A stretch of DNA of 64,000 nt from Octopus vulgaris (GCA_951406725.2 OX597819.1:79794001-79858000), one strand, 5' to 3'; positions 40,750-57,301 are shown, counted from the stretch's first letter. The notes: generated by a model from the sequence alone, not told the origin. Translations and numbers: made by a program.

Positions 40750-42030
40750 ATTCTACACAGAGAAATGAAAATCAAGGTCAGTGAGGCGTATCAAAAAAGA
40801 GTGAAGATGTTGTTGAAAAAACCTGAATGCCAAAAGTTTGATTACCACAATGAATATCAGGACAGTTGCGGTGGTCAGATATAGCGCATCCATCTTCGAA
40901 AGGACTAAAGAGGAAATATCAACACTGGATAGAAGGATAAGAAAGTTGATGACTCTGCATGGGGCGCTACATTCTAAAGCAAACGTAAACAGACTGTATA
41001 TGAAAAGAAGGAATGACGGCAGAGGACTAATTAGTATAGACCATTGTATCAGGAGTGAAAGGAGTATTTGATAAATAGTGATAAAGACCTGCTGGAATAT
41101 GCCGTGAAAGACATGGGTGTAAATGCAGTTGAAATGATTGGTAAGGCAAAGTTTAACTAAAAAGCTGAGAAGAGGAAAAAAGACCTTCACGAAACGAGAA
41201 TGCATGGACAGTTTGAAAGGAATACACGGGACATTAAGGATAACAAAGCATCGTGGGCTTGGCTTGAGCGAGGTGAGGTGAAGCGTACCACCGAAAGCCT
41301 GATCATTACTGCACAAGACCAAGCTCTCGCAAACAATTCAGTGAAGTATAATATCTATAAAACTTCTGACACCAGAAATGCAGACTCTGCGGAAAGATTT
41401 TGGAAAATGTGACCCCTTTGGTAAGTGGATGTGAAAGACTTTCACAAAAAGAATACAACCGCTGCAACGATAAAGTGTGTTTGTATCTTCGTTGGCTATT
41501 ATGCTATAAATACCAATATGAAGTATCAGAGAATTGGTATGAGTATGTACCAAGTAAAGTTATGCAGGAGGATGGAAAAGTTACGATGCTCTGGGACTAT
41601 GATTTTCAGACGGATCGTTTAATCCAACACCGTCGACCGGATATTGTTGTTTTGAATAAGATAGACAAATAATGTGAAATAATTGATGTATCCATACAAA
41701 ATGACGTGAATGTTGTGAGTAAAGAGGTTGAAAAACATCACGAAGTACACCGAATTGAAAGTGGAAATTGCAAGACTGTATGGAATACGAGAGGGTAATG
41801 TAAAAGTGATACCAGTGGTGATCGAAGCGTTGTGATCAATCTCATTGAAACTTTAAGACTTCTTAAGGCAACTGGAAATCCCATGCAAGATTGATGTCTT
41901 GCAAAAAGCAGCCTTATTGGGCAAAGTGCACATCTTCAGGAAAGTATTATCTGTCTGAGGTCCTTGTTGTGACTTGACAGGCAACTAAATACACCGGTGC
42001 ATTTTTACCTACACTGTGTTACGAAGGAAT
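40750..42030 (+). mobile_element. 5'-truncated Dong/R4-clade LINE (RT thumb, zinc knuckle, REL endonuclease) ending in (TAA)n
   Basis: RLYMKR..GRGL; MHGQF; ESLIITAQDQAL; CRLCGK..SGC; WDYDFQTDRLIQHRRPDIVV; LQKAALLG..HIFRKVL*; tail (TAA)n 42031-42129. Confidence 0.9.
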
Positions 42031-42049
42031 TATAATAATAATAATAAGA

Positions 42050-42130
<81 letters not shown>

Positions 42131-42222
42131 GATAGATAGATAGATATAGTGGCTTTAAAGAGAAAGTAATGCATTACCCTTCTAATATGAATATATATAT
42201 ATATACAATATATATACAATTG

Positions 42223-42277
<55 letters not shown>

Positions 42278-42543
42278 AGCTTTTCCGTGATGGTAAGATC
42301 AACAAAAAAGTACTCCATCTGGTGTTGAGTATATATTATTTGATTTATACAATATATGCTTTTTATATGCTTCTAATAGTTTCCTATGCTGAGAAATACC
42401 TTAAACATTAATCAGGTACAAATCACGTATCACAACGAACTAGAAATTGAATGAAAGAAACTCGAAAAGTTGAGAAGGAAGCATATAGAAAATGTGGAAG
42501 GTTAAAAAACGGAAAACGAAAAAGGAATATATATGTATGTATG

Positions 42544-42629
<86 letters not shown>

Positions 42630-42843
42630 CAGAGAAGGAGGGGAGAAGAAAGAGAAAGAGAGAGAGAGAGATTAAAGAGATTGGTCAGGACAGAGGCTAG
42701 CTCTAATGTGCAATGTAAATGTTTAATGGAAGAGATATAGTCATAGTTAGTCTGAAGCAAGTGGAGGCGCTTTCAAATTTGGCACATATATGTCTGCACG
42801 AGGAAGAGCCTGGGGAAGTGGAAAGTTATAGTTTTAGAAGAAA

Positions 42844-43349
42844 CTAGCAGTATCGCCCGGCGTTGCTCGGGTTTGTAAGGGAAATAACTATATAAGCATT
42901 TTTAGAGAGTTACTTCCCTTATAAATTCGGGCTTTCTTAGCCATTTTTGTTTTGGTGTCTTCAAGCCATGAAGTCGTTGTTCTAAAAGAACGCTGGTTTC
43001 CTTCACAACGCATTACGACGTTGATTTCTTTACACTCCCTTCCCCACAGCTTCACGAGGGAGGGAAGGGGGAGAAGCAAACAGGTGCAGCTGTGAGCGTG
43101 GACGCCAACTCCGCCGCCATCGACATACGATGCATTTTATGCATTAAAATGGAATAAAAAATGATGTTAAATTATTTTTAAAATCGTAGACTCATCATTG
43201 ACGCGCGCTAATAGTCAGACGGGCTCGATATGAATCACGACTATAAGATACCCGAATTTGGTTAAACTGCACCGCAAAATGTGGGAGGAGTTAGGAATCT
43301 AAATCGAAGGGGACAGACACTCACACAACTAGAGTTTTATATATATAGA
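42844..43349 (-). mobile_element. Complete non-autonomous Helitron (506 bp)
   Basis: Minus strand: A|TCTATATATATAAAAC ... hairpin CCCGAGCAACGCCGGG, 8-nt spacer, CTAG|T; inserted between A and T with no TSD. Confidence 0.88.
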
Positions 43350-44736
43350 TGTGTCTAGTTTGAGTAACGTAGAGTTAGACTGAAAACCGGTAGGAAAGAC
43401 AGAAGAGTTCTCTGCGTGGTAGAAAAAAAGTAGATTCGTAAATTTTATAAAGATCCTTTTCGCAAGAAGTCAAAAGAATAGGCTCTACTTCAGTCGATGG
43501 CGCGGAATTTGCGGAAAAGGCATAATCTATTTTTTTTTCTTTTTGTTTCTTTTTTCTTGGGCTGGGGAGTGATGGTGGTGGAGTGTTGGAACGGTCGCTC
43601 AGAAGAACACCATTCTCGCAAAACAACGACTGCCCTAAATGCACGACTGCCCTAAATGCACCCAAGATTCAGGCCGTGATGCTAAAGAAAGAACGCACCG
43701 AAAAATATTTAGGACCCACTCGATGTAAAGTGGACAACTTTCAATATAATCATTGATATTTGTACATAGACTGCATCAGTGAATGGATACGAACTCGACA
43801 GATTTTGGCTTCTACATATACCTCAGGAAATCGGTCATCATCTACTCCCAACAGCCTTATCTTTGCAATCCTCATTTATGTAAAACATACATGCATATAT
43901 TCACACACAAAGATACAGACACACACACACACAAATACGCACACATAAATATATATATTTGTTATATCTAGTCACCGTATATTTTCAACAATATTCTGAA
44001 AACAAACATGCGTACGAGTACATATACATAGACACACTCCTATTCACAAACATGCTGAGATATGCATGCGTTCACTCCTATACGATCATTCACTCCTCTC
44101 TCATACATATACAAGTCCTGACATACACAAACACATATTTATATATACGTATACGCTACGTCGTTCGTCCTTGATTCCTGTTCTAAAAATTATCTCCAAA
44201 ATTTGATATCCGCAAGAATCGTTTCGCATAAATAAAGTTTTAATTAATAGAAAGTTGTAGATCAAAAGTGGCTGCTAACATCCACCATCTCTCCAGAACT
44301 CTTTTACTGCATTCCATTGCTAAACATCCAAGATGACAGCATTATTTATCGCTTCGTTAAGGAACTTACTGTGGATTTGGCATGTTCTTAACGATGTAGA
44401 TATAAGTTACTAGTAAGGATTCTAACGAAGGTTGTAAGTTTATGGGGCTTTTAGAAACATAGGGGAGAGAGTGACCAAGAGAGAGAGAGAGAGGGGAGGA
44501 AGAGGGGAGGAGAAGAGAAATGAAGGGGGACAGAGAGGAGGAGAAGAGAGAGAGAGAGTAAAGAGTAGATGAAAGACATATAGTGACGTAATATGGATAG
44601 ATAGAACGATGTATAAACATACATGCATACATAAAGAGAGAGTGAGAGAGGGTGTATACATGGAGATATATGTATACACATACACACACAGACACACACA
44701 CATATATATACAAACACATATATATATATATTTGAG

Positions 44737-44873
44737 TAGGTGTGTGGTAAGAAGCTTTCTTCCCAAGCGTTCAGTCCCACTGCGTGGCAGCTTGGGTGAG
44801 TGTCTTGTACTATAGCCTCGGGCCGACCAAACCTTGTGACTGGATTTGGTAGACGGACACTGACAAAAGCTCG

Positions 44874-44909
<36 letters not shown>

Positions 44910-45085
44910 CAATCGATGTTGATGTGTCCCAGTAACCTAGCGCTTCGGCAAAAGAGTCCGAGAGAATAAGTACTAGGCTTACAAAGAATACGCCCTGGGT
45001 TTGGTTTGTTCGACAAAAGGCAATGCTCCAGCATGGCTACAGTCAAATGACTGAAGCAAGTATAAGAGTAAAAAAAAATGAAAGA
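44737..45085 (+). mobile_element. SINE family A copy (internal deletions)
   Basis: Head, (TA)n and tail homologous to 18198-18590. Confidence 0.85.
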
Positions 45086-45187
45086 ATAATATATATAAAT
45101 ATCGAGAGAGTGAGAGAGAGGAGAGGGTGAAACAGGGTGACGTACTTGGATATTTTGATTGATTGTGAGAAAGAAATAGCAACGTAC

Positions 45188-45224
<37 letters not shown>

Positions 45225-45477
45225 ATATGCGTGTATTTAGCAGGAGAGAATATTTAAAGATAAGATATCAAAGCTGAGTGGGCAACAGAGAGACAAGAAC
45301 GAATGGTTAGAGAGATTATGGAGGGAAAGAGTGAAAGATAAAATTGAATGGTTAGAAAAAAAAAATATTTGAAAGCAGAAAATATGAAAAGGGTAAAAAG
45401 GCCTGATAGGGGAAAAGAGAAAGATAGAGATATTGAAAAAGAAGGAGAGGTGGAAGAGAGAATGAAAAGAGAAGGAG

Positions 45478-48000
<2,523 letters not shown>

Positions 48001-48699
48001 ATTCGTGTGCAGTTGAATATAGTTATGTATCAATGAATGGTTGCCTATATATTCGTAGGTGTGGATGAATGCATGTGTTTACGCATGTAGGTACATGCGT
48101 AAGTGTGTACGCGCGCGCACGCGTCTGTAGGTAAAATGGAACGTCAAATGCTGATTGGGAAAGTAGCCAATCTCATGAAGTCCTATTAAAATTGTATTAA
48201 CTTCTTACATCGACAAATAACCATACATGTATAAATGATAGAACGGTACATCGTGAGATCGTGTGACGTTCATGCCTTTCTAAAAAGCATTTACGAATTG
48301 TGGGGTATGTATAAATTATATTTATGACTTGATACCGTGTTTATGTTTTGAAACTAGGAGGCCAGCCGACTGCTGTACATACAGAACCACACACACACGC
48401 ACGCACACACACACACACACATAGACATACAGAGACACATGCACACACGCACATAAACACACTAAGAAACAAACGTACACACACAAACACACAGACACAC
48501 TGAAGCACACACACGCACACATACACACATGCTTCAATTGCACCACCCTACCTGCATTCTTATACACAAATGAAACTAAAAAGAGGGAAGGGCATTGAAT
48601 GGCTACGGCGCAAAGGACCATGGAAAGATCCTTGCTAAGAATATCATTGTGAAAGCATGTCCGAAGTGAGACAGACACTTCGTGAATTGAGCGGAGTGA

Positions 48700-49330
48700 A
48701 CGATATAATTAGAGAATACCGAATGCTGAACATATTACAAGGTTCACTGACAACAGGTGGACCCAGAAAAAAAAACCATTCGGAAGGCCATCACGACGAT
48801 GGTAAAATGATTTAGTTAAACGAATTCGTCTAAAAATATGGATGGTGCGGCAACAGCTCCCAGCCAAGCCACCAACTTCTGCAAAATATGTGCGCGGTCT
48901 GATATTATCATGATGAAAGACACTGCCCTTAGAATTAGTAAGGGCCGGACGCTTCTGATGAATCCATGCGTTAAATATGTCCCGATGGTCACAGTACAGT
49001 ACACATCTGAATTGATGGTGCTTGGGAAGAAGCTTGTAAGAGACAACACCTTTTCAAACCCACAAAATTGAAAGCATAACCTCTTTCGGGTGAAGTCCTG
49101 CATTGGCGAATGTTTGTGATGGTTCGCCGCGCTTCCTGCACTATCATTTGCGATTCACATTGTTGTATATGATCTAGTTTTCGTTCCCAGTCACCCTATC
49201 TAAAAAGCAGTGGTCTCCTTCACATTTCTACAACGACTTGCTGATAGAAACTCGTTGAACGAGATTAGCCTCATGCAATTGATGTGAGATACAAACATCG
49301 ATCCTGCTGATGTAAGCGTGCTGTCTCATC
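48700..49330 (-). mobile_element. Decayed mariner transposase fragment
   Basis: Minus peptides FLDRVTGNEN.IIYNNVNRK, TINSDVYC and NSKGSVFHHDNIRP. Confidence 0.75.
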
Positions 49331-49343
49331 ACTCGATTTGGAT

Positions 49344-49974
49344 AATTATTAATCGACACATTATGAATTATCTTATAACAGCAATGCCTGGAAAAATCAT
49401 GGATTACATGGAAAAATGCGAGTATGAAAAGTAATATTCTTAAGATTATACACCTGGAAAAGTACAGGACAAGTTATTCCACCTGTAAAAGTATGGGACA
49501 AGCTATTACTTCTAGTAAAGTAAAGAATAAGAAACGTTTTACTTAAAATATTGCAGCAAAGAAAGCCAGTTCTAATTTATCACTCTTTACAGTTCTCATC
49601 TTTTAAATTTATTGAACAAAACTGTTCAGTTAATTTGTAAGTTTGCCTAATTAGTCACTTTTTTCTGTATTTAAGGTAGTAAATTAGCCAAATTCTACTT
49701 AAATATGTATAGTGTTGTTTGTAAATTATAATAAGATACTTTTGATATTCAAATTTTAATTTTAGCTGCAATATTTTAAGTAAAATGTTTCATATTCTTT
49801 ACTTTACTTGAATAGATTGTCCTATACTTTTACAGGTGTAATAACTTGTCCTGTACTTTTCCAGGTTTATAATCTTAAGAATATTACTTTTCATGCTCGC
49901 ATTTTCCCATGCAATCCATGATTTTCCCAGGCATTGCTGTTATAAGATAATTAATAATGTGTCAATTAATAATT
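49344..49974. mobile_element. Foldback/MITE with ~210-bp TIRs containing ~29-bp tandem subrepeats
   Basis: 49344-49557 is the near-perfect reverse complement of 49765-49974; subrepeat CACCTG.AAAAGTA..GGACAAG.TATT. Confidence 0.9.
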
Positions 49975-50869
49975 TTTACCTTATAAAATACTGGGTAGGG
50001 GATACATTGGCTGCTATTTTAGCGTGTCGAGCGACTAGGTAGAGGCTCTTTCATTGGTTTGATTGTGTGATGAGATTTTGTTTTTACACATATATGTATA
50101 ATATGCACATATATCATCGGTAGAAGTTAGAGAGTAAGTCAAAACCTGAGAGTTTCGTGTATCAAACACGAATTTGTCCAGTGTCACTCTGTAACTGGTA
50201 ACGAAATAACTTCTAAAATACAAAATTTTGTGAAAAACGTTAACAGTAAACCCTATTGTATGTGACACATTGTACCTGTATCGGAAGTTTCAAAGTGTTT
50301 AGTTATAAAAAATTAATTAAGTAATCTGTGCGTCAAATTGAATAGATCCGAAATGGATAAAAAGCGAAGTTGAAGTCGGCGGTACTTGAACTCAAAACAT
50401 AAACATAGGCGAAATATCGTTAAGCATTTCGCCCGTCGGGCTAACGTTTCCACCTGCTCGCCGTTTTATAATGTTTTTCATTTTATTAATATATTCTTTA
50501 ATTAATATTCTTATTGATAAGCGTTACTCCCTTACACTCTTACTTACAGGAAATTTCGTGCTATGTCACCCCATAACTTTTTTTATACTAATTTTTGTTC
50601 AATGCGACTAACGACTGTGAATTCATCATACACTTTTCTATCATTTAAGCCTAAGAAAAGTATACCTTTATTTTAAAATTCAAAAGTTTATGTTAATTTA
50701 AGGTGAATAGGGGCCTTACTGCGCCCCTTGAGGTGGAAGATATTTTGATGTAACTTTTTTTCTATTGAACCAAATCTCAAACTATTTCTGCCAGAGTGTA
50801 GCTTTGGAAGCTTCTGCGATTGACGAAATGGTGGACTTAAGAATATATTCAAACACGGCCGTGGTTGAA

Positions 50870-50947
<78 letters not shown>

Positions 50948-50948
<1 letters not shown>

Positions 50949-51490
50949 CAGTAATAAAGCAGAAAAAGCATTCTAAACGCTCTGAAATCATCAAAAGATT
51001 TTAATTTACCCACTACGTTCCACAGACCATTGATTACAGTCCCAGAAAATCCATGAGGTCAAATGCAAAAGATCTCCATCTGTCAGGAGGAACGGTCAGA
51101 AATATTGTCCACGAAGGCATCCGATATGTCTTGTATGATAAGCAAAGGTCAATTTGTCTGAAAAAGCAAAAGATAATCACTACATCAGATCTAAAAGGCT
51201 CTTAAACAAACTGAAAATCCTGCAGAAGATTTTATTTGGTATTTCTCAAACGAGAAAAACTTCGACCAAGATCAAAAAGTTAACAAACATATAGTTATGT
51301 GCAGACCCTTCTGAAGTTTCAAGTGTTATGCATACAAAATTGTCTGCAACTGTCATAGTTTTAGGGGTTGTCAGCAATGAAGGACATATGATACCTCCTT
51401 ACTTCTTTCCACAAGCCCTTAGAGTTAACTCTGCTGCTGAGATTTGATTTGGTTTTTCTGAAACGAGAAAAACTTCGACCAAAAACAAAA
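50948..51490 (+). mobile_element. maT/DD37D-like Tc1/mariner transposase fragment
   Basis: WYFSNEKNFDQDQKVN..DPSEV..VMHTK..ATVIVLGVVSNEGHMIPPYFFPQALRVNSA; catalytic spacing cannot be checked because the fragment is truncated. Confidence 0.7.
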
Positions 51491-51504
51491 ATGTCACATT
51501 GGGA

Positions 51505-52195
51505 GGTATTACCTTGTTAACATTTTTGGACAGCTAATCACGTGCTGTCTCCTACAGAAATATGACAATCTACATTTACGATTGCATTTTGGAATTCCAT
51601 AGACTTCACTGTCTCTTTTGTTGATTAGGTATTTGGTAGCAATGTCCTGTTTTTGCATTGCAAATACATAACCTTCGCTGTGCGATGTGATGTAGCTGTT
51701 AGGAATCCAAGAAAGGCTTCTCTTCACTTCAATATTACCATTTTCTTCAAGTCTACGAGCAACATACCCATGTATGGTCATTTTGTGGTATGCTGAGCGT
51801 GTCACCTTCAGATTTTCTATAAGGTATGCAAGTTCAGCTGATTTGGGTTTGTATGGGAAGTAATCCGGAAAAGAATACTTCCTGAGGAGCTCACTTCGAA
51901 CACGTAGGATATTGTTTCTTCAATTTTCAGTACTAAATGTATTTATTTTTGCTGCTGTTGTTTAGAAAGTGCTGTCTGCAAGAGACTATGGAATATTCCA
52001 AGGATGTCTGCACTGATCTCAAGCCCCTACAGAGCCTGTCGATATCACTGTTTTTTTGGAAATTTCCAGTTGATGTTAGAATATTGAGGGCTTTAACGTC
52101 TATGGAGTGGATTTCTTCTACAGACCAGTCAAGTATCCCAAATGTTAGAATCAGCACTGGTACTGCAAATGAATTGTGGGATATTGTTTGTTTGT
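51505..52195 (-). mobile_element. R4/Dong-like LINE internal fragment, 5' end abutting (TACA)n
   Basis: FGILDWSVEEIHSIDVK..SDIDRL..RGL; IHGY; EGYVFAMQ.Q.IATKYL; KCRL..HVISCP. Confidence 0.75.
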
Positions 52196-52464
52196 ATGTG
52201 TATGTATGTATGTATGTATTATGTATGTATGTATGTATGTATTATGTATGTATGTACAACGTGTTCCTACACAGTTTCTGTCTACCAAATTCACTCCTCC
52301 CGGATATACAGGAGCAGTCACTTGCTAAAGATACTGAACAGCAAATGAAACTGAAGCCACATGGTTGCCAAGCGAAATTCTTAACTAAACGGTTTTACCA
52401 GTGATTGTGTACATACTTTCACAGATACACACACCAACACACGTGTACAAATCACACACACACA

Positions 52465-52540
<76 letters not shown>

Positions 52541-54039
52541 TATCTGTATATGTGTGTGTGTGTATACATAGAAATATATTTATATACATATATATGTGTA
52601 TATATATGGAGATATATGTACATATATATATGACTATATGTGTGTGTGCATCATGTGTGTGCATGTGTGTGTGTGTATGTAAATGTGTATGTGTCTGTGT
52701 GTAGACCTTAATATACTCCTATGATACAGAATTGAACTGGAAATAATAATGAAAGTTAGCTAAAGCTCATATTTCAACGGAACAAAATAAATAAAAAGAA
52801 ATTCAATAAACTCACTTTTATTAATATAGATTGCAGCTCAAAGGTGACATATAATAAAATCATATTCCTTGTACTAACAGTAAATAGTTCACTCTTTCCT
52901 GCAATCGTCCGAGATATAGATGATGCCCTCTGATGTTTCATTTAATATCCAGATTGTTCTTGCATACGCTGATTTTAGTCTTTGACACTTGGATCTTAGA
53001 TTCCTTAGGGGTTTGCCGAGCGAAATATATTCTGTATATATTTCATTCAAAACTGTGCGGGATTCGATAATCCAATCGTTATAAGTGATGATAAAACATT
53101 CACTTAAACAGATACACCTATGTAATTGTTTCTTATGTGAGTTCGTGCATGTAGTATTACGTGTGATATGGGCAGCGTGGCGTATGCTATGTCAAGCAAA
53201 AACCCTTAAACATCTGATGTAGAAAATATCAAAACAACGATGGTTAAGCGCAACATTTCTGTTTCTATGTGCATATTATAGGTTTCACGACCGTAGAGGA
53301 TTAGCGGGAAACCCGATTTCGAGTATAGCCTAACAGCGAAATTTTGTCTAATGCTTGATCTCTTGGTATAGGAAGTTCGTTTGTGTTTGAAGTTAATTCC
53401 TAGTATTTCAGTTGCAGATATAGATAAAGAACTATATAATAGGGATGAGAAATGGCTGAATAAATTCCATAATGATGTCTTCTCAGAATCATGTACAATA
53501 TCTTAAATATCTCGAATCACCAATATGGAAATACTCAAGAGGATAAGATAAAAGAAATTGATAATAATATTGTGTGAATGTTATGATGACTGGTTCATCT
53601 ATGGAGAGTGAACATTGGAAAGGTACCGAATAAGGTGCTGGAGTCGTAATCTTACAATTCTAAATGAGCAGTGAGTTGGAGTAAACTGATAAAGCAAATC
53701 TATAAAAAAGGGACTTGAACGCGACAAAAACATGAGGATGACAAAAGAAATGTCAGTCAAGAGGCAGACGTGGCGAGTGTGATTGGATTGACATCAGCGC
53801 AGCATACGATGGTCTATGGTCTGGTCTAAGGTTTAAAACTAAGATTTACGATGCAAGTCACAAGAAACAGTCTATTTTTTCTAAACCCACACCATTTTTA
53901 ATATGTTGCATTTATTAATATTTGCTGCAAGACTGTGTTTTTTTTTGTTCTTATATCTGATTCATTTCTTAGTATGCAATCCTTGAGACGCTTTTATTAA
54001 TGTTTAGATTGCTTCCATCTGGTGCTATATTCGTAACTA

Positions 54040-54290
54040 TTGCAATATCATTAGATGGACTCTGATTCTGATATTAACAACCTGCCGTTCAGAAGTCATA
54101 TTGAAGTTCATTCGTGTAATGAACAGCCAGGGAGACAATATTTCCCCTTGGAGTACATCTGTAACAATCGGTAATTTCCGCTCATTCCATCTATCATCTA
54201 GTGTCTTCATATACTTCCCATTGCAGTTGAAATACGTCATGAATACCACTGGATTCGCAATCACAAAACTGCATTTAATTTTGTCCAGTA
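54040..54290 (-). mobile_element. Decayed RTE-like RT fragment
   Basis: IVTDVLQGEILSPWLFI resembles the RT motif GV.QG..LSP.LF. Confidence 0.45.
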
Positions 54291-55759
54291 CAAGTTTGAA
54301 AGTTAAGAAGTTTGCTCTGTAACTATGTACTTTTGGGTTCGATTCTACTGTCTTAGATTTTGGTCATGTATCTTCTAATCTTCAAAAGTCTTATGAATAA
54401 AGTTTGAAGGAGAGAAACTATGTGAAAATCCGCCGGAGTAATCGTTTCTATTTATCGCAGAGAGATAACCCATCATCAGATTTTAACATCTCGGATCCTT
54501 TTATGTCTTTGGCTAAATGATACCAGTCTGTTGCAGACTTTCAGACCAGTTCTCTAGCTTGAAAAGGACTATGGGCACTACCCTTTCTCTTCTGACTAAA
54601 CCTGTAAAAGAAACATGAAATAAATATTTCCTGCAATAAATGTCAGACGAAAGCATGTTGGTGTGAGCAGTTTGTTTCTCTTTCTTTCATAGACATCAGA
54701 CTTTACACACAACTTTCTTATGCATAACTTTTAAGATATTTAATTATCTTTTATCATAGCTAATGAATGACTGCGTCTTTTGTTACAGGTTTAAAATGGG
54801 GCAGTTACTGGTTTGCCGTAGATCTGAAACAGAAATTAATAAAACAATGTCTATAAATCGGCGAAAGAAAAATCCTTTAGGAATTCTTTCGTTAGATTAC
54901 GACTTCTCAGTTTTCTTGTCTATGTTTATATTTTTCGTCAAAATACATTGGTATATTGGTGTAAGATATATACAAATAAGGTGAGCATCCATGAAGTTTC
55001 TGTGAACTAAATTCCACTCTCAAGGTATTGGCCAAATCGAAGTTGTCGATTGAAGAGCTAAAGTCGCATTTCCTAAAAACGGAAAAAAGAGGAGTAATTC
55101 AAGAAAGGTCTTAATAAAATGTAGGCGATTGATCTGCAGTTAATCAGTCACTGCATTAGAAAAATAAATCAATCAAGCATGGAAAAAATAGTAATACAAA
55201 ATATGGCGTTGTAGTTTAGCTACCGGAAGTCGTACCAGATCCGGAGCAATAAGCTGCAAAACTCTCGTAGAAAAAGGAAGCGAAAAATAACGATTTGTTA
55301 AAAGAGTGAAAAATTAGGCAATGTAGAAATTAAGATGTAGTTGCAGCGCCGAGATCGAAACCTCTCACAGTAAATAAATGAATTATATCACTTGATATAA
55401 TATGAAGATGGTAAAAACAAACTAAACACGAGAAGGAATACAAAGAAGAAAAAAAAGTGTAGAGGGAAATATAAGCTTCAAGTAGAATGCTAATAGGGAC
55501 GAACAGTCACGCCATCTAGTGAGTATTTATCGCAATTACATGCCGAGCTGTCATAAACGATGATGGGATTTATTGATCTAGAAGTGTGTTGGACTGGGTA
55601 GGCTGGTGGGTGATTTGATTGGATGGTTAGCTGGGTATTTGAAAGAGAGAGAGAGAGAGAGAAAGAGAGAGAAAGAGAGAAGAGAGAGAGTGGGTGGGGT
55701 GTTAAGCGATAGCTGGTGCAGTTTGTGCTAAGTTTGGGTTCGTTACTCCAGACAGAAAT

Positions 55760-55932
<173 letters not shown>

Positions 55933-56620
55933 CAGAGTGGGAGAGGTGGAAGGAGAAAGAGAAAGAGAGAGACAGATAGGGGTAAGTCAGAAGACCAAAA
56001 AGGACTCTGAAAACGAGGAAGAAGAAAGTGGAGAAAAAGGAGAAGAGAGGAGATAAGGGTATTGGGGAGAGGAAGGAGAATAAGGATGGGGATGAGGATG
56101 TGGAGAGGAGTGTTGAAAGTCAGTTGATTAAGGATTAGCAGGCGAGAATGTATTAAAAAATAAAAAATGTAAAGAGGATGAAAAGCAGAAAGGACAGGAA
56201 TGTAAGCAGAGTTGTGGTGTTATTGGTGACGGTGGCGTCGGTAGAGGCGATGACATGATGGTGACGGGGTAGTAGAAGTGGTCGTCGTCGTGATGGTGGT
56301 GTTGTCTATGATAGAAGAACGCAGAGAGATTAATAATTGTAAATACAAGAAATTATATGCGGAGAATCAAATAAATGTCAATGTTACCGGTTTTCATTAT
56401 GAAAATATAAAAGGATTTCAGGAGAGAAAAATGGACGAAATAGAAAATAGTAAAAGAGAAAGAGAGAATGTGTATAAAGAGAAAACTTTAATAATACCTA
56501 CAACATGTTCACTATACTGTTCCACCGCTCCTCAGGGTATAGTTCAGTAGGGATGGATCTGTAACGAAATCTACCACTGCTTGGATATTTCCTTTTAAAA
56601 ATTCTTTAGTCACATTCATA

Positions 56621-56805
56621 GGTGCAGGTGTGGCAAGAAGGCGTGGCTGTGTGGAAAAAAGATGGCTTCCCAACCACATGGTCCTGGGTTTAATTCCATT
56701 GCGTGGCACATTAGGTAAGCGTCTTCTACTAAAGCCTCCGGCAGACCAAAGCCGTGTGAGTGGATTTGGTAGACGAAAACTGAAAAGAAGGTAAAAAAAA
56801 CAGTC
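56621..56805 (+). mobile_element. SINE family A 5' half
   Basis: GTGGCTGTGTGG...CCACATGGT...GTGAGTGGATTTGGTAGACG. Confidence 0.8.
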
Positions 56806-56850
<45 letters not shown>

Positions 56851-56857
56851 CGGATCG

Positions 56858-57180
56858 GAGACCCCTTCGGTCACAAATGACCATGGGATTGCACTTAGAA
56901 TGTTACCCTCCGAAGCACAAGTCCGGGCAAGGTTGTCTATGGAAGGCCAGCAGTCGCCCATGCATACTAGCCGCCCTTCTCCACGCCACCGATGTTATCC
57001 AAGGGAAAGGCAAAGGCCAATACAGCTTGACACCAGTGACGTCGCAACTCATTTCTACAGCTGAGTGAACTGGAGCAACGTGAAATAAAGTGTCACAACA
57101 CACAGCCCGGTCCGGGATTCGAACTCACAACCTCACGATCATAAGCTCGACGCTCTAACTACTGAGCCATGCGCCTTCAC
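56858..57180 (-). mobile_element. Full-length tRNA-head SINE family B (tail type 1)
   Basis: Minus: GAAGGCGCATGGCTCAGTAGTTAG (A box), GAGTTCGAATCCC (B box), ACACTTTATTTCACGTTGCTCCAG core. Confidence 0.88.
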
Positions 57181-57301
57181 CTACACACACACACACACAC
57201 ACGCCGCTGCTCAGAATATTGTTCGGTAAGGATAAATTTGTGGCGAAATCTATCATACCTTGGAGCTTTTCCTTTTCTTTTTAAGTCTTTATACACATTC
57301 G

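Noticed and set aside
42370-42425. Hammerhead-like pattern on the minus strand (CTGATTA..stem..GAAA CTATTAG) in a TA-flanked insert
   Set aside because: Core mismatch, no UH cleavage site and no stem I pairing; at best a heavily decayed copy.
43632-43667. Tandem ACGACTGCCCTAAATGC duplication
   Set aside because: Only two adjacent units with no spacers; a simple duplication, not CRISPR-like.
50690-50870. Possible mariner C-terminal remnant on the minus strand
   Set aside because: Similarity limited to a W..F..WF.R pattern; insufficient.
54430-54490. CTGATGA...GAAA on the minus strand
   Set aside because: Stem I does not pair, and it lies in a decayed SINE-like region.
54789-54980. Possible host exon (TTACAG|...AAG|GTGAGC, open frame)
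   Set aside because: Peptide is unrecognisable and AT-rich, with no partner exons; not supportable as a CDS.
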